64,000 nt of DNA. Source: Rubripirellula sp. GTDB taxonomy: Bacteria > Planctomycetota > Planctomycetia > Pirellulales > Pirellulaceae. Within the stretch, counting starts at the first letter, position 1, and each line of letters starts with the position of its first letter. Location: contig OZ244207.1 in NCBI GenBank assembly GCA_965216875.1, forward strand, positions 6,848,001 to 6,912,000, read 5' to 3'. Position numbers and translations under genes: made by a program. This document shows positions 60,868-64,000 of the stretch, piece by piece. The notes below the pieces were generated by a model. It saw nothing but the letters and a program-made list of their open reading frames with translations, was not told the origin of the DNA and did not search any database.

Positions 60868-61689
60868 ATGTTCCGCTCGAGTCATGCACTGCTTGGCGTC
60901 TGTTTTTTGGTCTGCTCGTTGGTCGCCGGCAACAATATGTCCCCTGCCGAAGAATCGAATGCTGAACTTGCGCACATGGTTTTCTTTACACTCGCTGATG
61001 ATTCGGAGGAAAACCGCAAGACATTGATCCAAGCCTGCCACCGCCACCTTTCCGGCCATCAAGGCACGGTTTACTTTTCGGTCGGCGCGATTGCGGAAGA
61101 GCTTCAGCGCGAGGTGAACGACCAAAGTTTTGATGTTGCCCTCCATCTCGTGTTCGCCGATCGAAAGGCTCACGATCGCTATCAAACTCACCCACGGCAC
61201 TTGCGATTCATCGATCAAAACAAACACCTGTGGAGTGCCGTTCGGGTGTTTGATTCCTACGTCCAACCTGCGAATTCAAAGGACGGTTCGGCCGCAGTCG
61301 ACCGGTTTCTTGAGAGCCGTGTCGAACGAGGGCTCAAAGGGGATGCCTTGTTTGAGGTGGTTAACGATGTGGCGGCTGCGGCCTCGTTTGCGGACGCTGA
61401 AAGGATTCGTGTTGAACTCGATGGACGTTCTCTACAGATGGAAGGGATCACAAAGAATCAACGCGTTCGATTGAGCGATGCAAGTGGCAAAACGGTCGCC
61501 GACCTGCTGACGGCAATTGTGGTTGCTGCGAACCCAGACCGCCGGGCGCGCGATCCGGCGTCAAAGTCGCAAATGTTGGTTTGGGTGAAGGCCGCGGATG
61601 GCAAGTCGATCAAAATCACGACGCGTCGAGCCGCAACAAAACAAGGGATCGAGTTGCCCAAGGTGTTTCGTACCAACCCCCAGCTGTGA
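60868..61689 (+). CDS. Dabb (stress-responsive A/B barrel) protein with extra C-terminal domain
   Basis: Signal peptide; LAHMVFFTL, FDVALHLVF..AHDRYQTHPRH, VRVFDS; about 135 additional aa. Confidence 0.85.
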   Translation: MFRSSHALLGVCFLVCSLVAGNNMSPAEESNAELAHMVFFTLADDSEENRKTLIQACHRHLSGHQGTVYFSVGAIAEELQREVNDQSFDVALHLVFADRKAHDRYQTHPRHLRFIDQNKHLWSAVRVFDSYVQPANSKDGSAAVDRFLESRVERGLKGDALFEVVNDVAAAASFADAERIRVELDGRSLQMEGITKNQRVRLSDASGKTVADLLTAIVVAANPDRRARDPASKSQMLVWVKAADGKSIKITTRRAATKQGIELPKVFRTNPQL

Positions 61690-61710
61690 CGCCGCGTCAC
61701 ACCGTTTTTT
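61685..61710 (+). terminator. Possible intrinsic terminator
   Basis: TGTGACG-CCG-CGTCACA hairpin followed by CCGTTTTTT; overlaps the stop codon, so weak. Confidence 0.35.
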
Positions 61711-61978
61711 AGGCGATTAAGGGGGCGCGTTGCGGCTTTGCGCATCCGAACGAGAGGGGGTACAACCGGCACAGCCGGTACGATGGGCCCGAAAAACTAC
61801 GAATCAATCTGCGGGATCCCGCCTTCGAGCGACAATGGGTCACCCGCGGGACGAATGACCCCGATAGCACCGAAACGTCGGGGGAAGGCGATCCCACATT
61901 GTGGGCCTTTTCGAAGGGCGGCAAGTTTTGGTGCACCTGTGCTGAAACAGAAAGGGCACGGTTGCGGCGAGGGGTAGC

Positions 61979-61999
61979 CAATCACATCGGATGTGATTG
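61979..61999. promoter_or_regulatory. Perfect 10-1-10 palindrome, operator candidate
   Basis: CAATCACATC-G-GATGTGATTG, 36 bp before ATG 62036. Confidence 0.55.
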
Positions 62000-62035
62000 C
62001 AGATGCCGCGATCGATAATTACAAGGGGCAATCGG

Positions 62036-64000
62036 ATGCACGCCAAGGATTGGTGTTTCATCATCACGACGATCGTCGTTTTGGGCGGAGGAGAACACCT
62101 CTATGCCCAGACCAGCGACGGGCAATCTCGGGAACGGATACCGAACGATCACCAAGTTGCGCTGACCTCGGCAGTCGAGTTGGCTGTCGAAACGCTTCAT
62201 GCCGAAGCCGCGATTCCAGAACCGATTCTCGATCCCGAGCCAGCGGCCGACGAAGGATTCGAAGACGACGAGCTGGACGCTCTTCTCGATCAAGACATCA
62301 CCAGCTTGCGGCGCGAATCAGTCGCCCCCGCGTTGGACATGGAAGTGTCAACGGTCTCGCGGCAAACGAGCACCGTTGGCCGATCACCCGCAGCGGTGTT
62401 CGTTATCAGCGAAGAGATGATTCGTCGCAGTGGTGCGCGAACCATTCCCGAGACGTTGCGAATGGTCCCGGGGCTTCACGTCGCTCACATCGATGGCAGC
62501 AAGTGGAGTATCAGCAGTCGAGGGTTTGCGAGTCGGTTTGCCAACAAGCTGCTTGTTCAAATTGACGGGCGCACGGTCTATACGCCACTTTTCGGCGGTG
62601 TCTTTTGGGATGTTCAAGACCTGCTGTTGGATGATGTCAAACGGATCGAGGTGATCCGAGGGCCCGGCGGTACGATTTGGGGAGCCAACGCGGTCAACGG
62701 CGTGATCAACATCATCACCAAGTCAGCCGCAGAAACTCATGGCGCCTATGCACATGCCGGGGGCGGCAACGTCTTGCAAGGATTCGCAGGCGCACGACTT
62801 GGCAATCGAACCGAAAAAGGTGTCGATTGGCGCGTCTCAGGAAAGTGGTACGACCGCGATCAATTTCATGACCCACAAGGTCGCGCCGATGACTACTCCC
62901 AGCAGGGACGACTCAGCTTTCGTACCGACTGGACGACCAAGAGTTGTGATCAGGTGACGTTTCAGGGGGACTACTACAACGGCGATAACGGGCTGTCGCA
63001 CGATCGCCCTGTTTTTGGATTCGCGTTGGATGAAGAAGAACTCGGCGGTGGGAACGTTCTCGGACGTTGGACGCGGGTCCTGAGCGACGATTCGGACATG
63101 TCGCTTCAGCTCTACTATGACCGCACGGATCGACTGCTGGCTGGATTTGACCAAGACACCAACACGATCGATATCGACTTCCAGCACCGATTCTCGCCTT
63201 GGCAATACCATCAGGTGATCTGGGGATTGGGTTATCGAAATATCTGGGACCGACTCAAGAACACCCGTAATCCGGCCTTTGTCAACGTTAGTCAAGAACG
63301 TCGAACGCTCGAACGCATCTCGGCATTCATTCAAGACGAGATGACGTTGATTGAAGACGAGCTCTACCTGACCATCGGCACCAAGCTATCGAACAACACG
63401 TACACCGATTTTGAAATTCAACCGAGCGCGCGATTCCTGTGGTTGCCACGCGAAGATAGCGTCGTTTGGGGTGCCGTCTCGCGAGCGGTTCGAACTCCGT
63501 TCCGAGTTTCCGAAGACTTGGTGGCCCTCGGCCCTGCTTTGCCTTCACCGCCATTCCCGGCCAACACGCCAACGGTGGTTCGCGGCAATCGCGACATGGC
63601 TTCCGAGGAAGTGGTTGCATTCGAATTGGGTTTCCGTCGCCAAGTCAGTGAAGATTTTGCTTGGGACGCGGCGCTGTTCTACAACATCTACGACGAACTG
63701 CTCTCGACACGCAACGTTGTGCCAGGAGCGGGGTTCCCTTTTGTTGATTTCTTCAACGGAGGCGAAGCGGACACGTGGGGCGTCGAGATTTCAGCACTCG
63801 CTCGGATGACGGATCGTTGGACGCTGCGAGGCTGGTATTCGTACTTGAACATCGATGCGAGATTGAGCCCGCTGTCAAACACGACGCCAGCTGAAACAAA
63901 CGATGCCACACCGAAGAACCAAGCCTACTTGATGTCGACCTGGAACCCGCGGTGCAACATCGATATCGACTTGATGGCTCGATACGCCGATGTGATTCCA
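62036..64000 (+). CDS. TonB-dependent receptor (3' truncated by the window edge)
   Basis: Manual translation: signal peptide, VSTVSR..SPAAVFVISEEMIRRSG..LRMVPG, LLVQIDGR, RIEVIRGPGGTIWGANAVNGVINIITK, barrel strands. Absent from the ORF track, consistent with no stop before 64000. Confidence 0.93.
   Translation, partial: MHAKDWCFIITTIVVLGGGEHLYAQTSDGQSRERIPNDHQVALTSAVELAVETLHAEAAIPEPILDPEPAADEGFEDDELDALLDQDITSLRRESVAPALDMEVSTVSRQTSTVGRSPAAVFVISEEMIRRSGARTIPETLRMVPGLHVAHIDGSKWSISSRGFASRFANKLLVQIDGRTVYTPLFGGVFWDVQDLLLDDVKRIEVIRGPGGTIWGANAVNGVINIITKSAAETHGAYAHAGGGNVLQGFAGARLGNRTEKGVDWRVSGKWYDRDQFHDPQGRADDYSQQGRLSFRTDWTTKSCDQVTFQGDYYNGDNGLSHDRPVFGFALDEEELGGGNVLGRWTRVLSDDSDMSLQLYYDRTDRLLAGFDQDTNTIDIDFQHRFSPWQYHQVIWGLGYRNIWDRLKNTRNPAFVNVSQERRTLERISAFIQDEMTLIEDELYLTIGTKLSNNTYTDFEIQPSARFLWLPREDSVVWGAVSRAVRTPFRVSEDLVALGPALPSPPFPANTPTVVRGNRDMASEEVVAFELGFRRQVSEDFAWDAALFYNIYDELLSTRNVVPGAGFPFVDFFNGGEADTWGVEISALARMTDRWTLRGWYSYLNIDARLSPLSNTTPAETNDATPKNQAYLMSTWNPRCNIDIDLMARYADVIP

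Noticed and set aside
61954..61966. Sigma-54 promoter (GGCACGGTTGC) before the TBDR
   Set aside because: GG-to-GC spacing is 3 nt too short.
61711..62035. Cobalamin or other riboswitch upstream of the TBDR
   Set aside because: No B12-box or other conserved aptamer core recognised; an Rfam scan would be decisive.

Overview
Gene-dense bacterial chromosome segment with a typical Planctomycetota (Pirellulaceae-like) inventory: five Cys-type sulfatases, planctomycete cytochrome c/DUF1549-DUF1553 + DUF1501, DUF1552 + DUF1592, a PVC-type heme-binding dehydrogenase, PQQ-like propellers, an ECF sigma/anti-sigma pair and several REP-like repeats. I see no rRNA, tRNA, CRISPR array or transposase. Highlights: (i) a compact module in which a GAF-AAA+-HTH enhancer-binding protein is divergent from a cytochrome P460 (catalytic residues apparently intact) and a Cys-rich YHS protein, with a correctly spaced -24/-12 promoter and candidate enhancer repeats visible in the DNA; (ii) a serine beta-lactamase/VanX D-Ala-D-Ala dipeptidase fusion opposite a bPH_2 membrane pair; (iii) a Tm-1-like/TIM-barrel/DUF418/cardiolipin synthase operon; (iv) a pentaheme DUF1080-PA14 protein behind a LacI-type operator; (v) a 127-bp direct-repeat REP mosaic; (vi) a TonB-dependent receptor missing from the ORF track, preceded by a perfect 21-bp palindrome. 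Family calls come from motif recognition by eye; no database searches were run.
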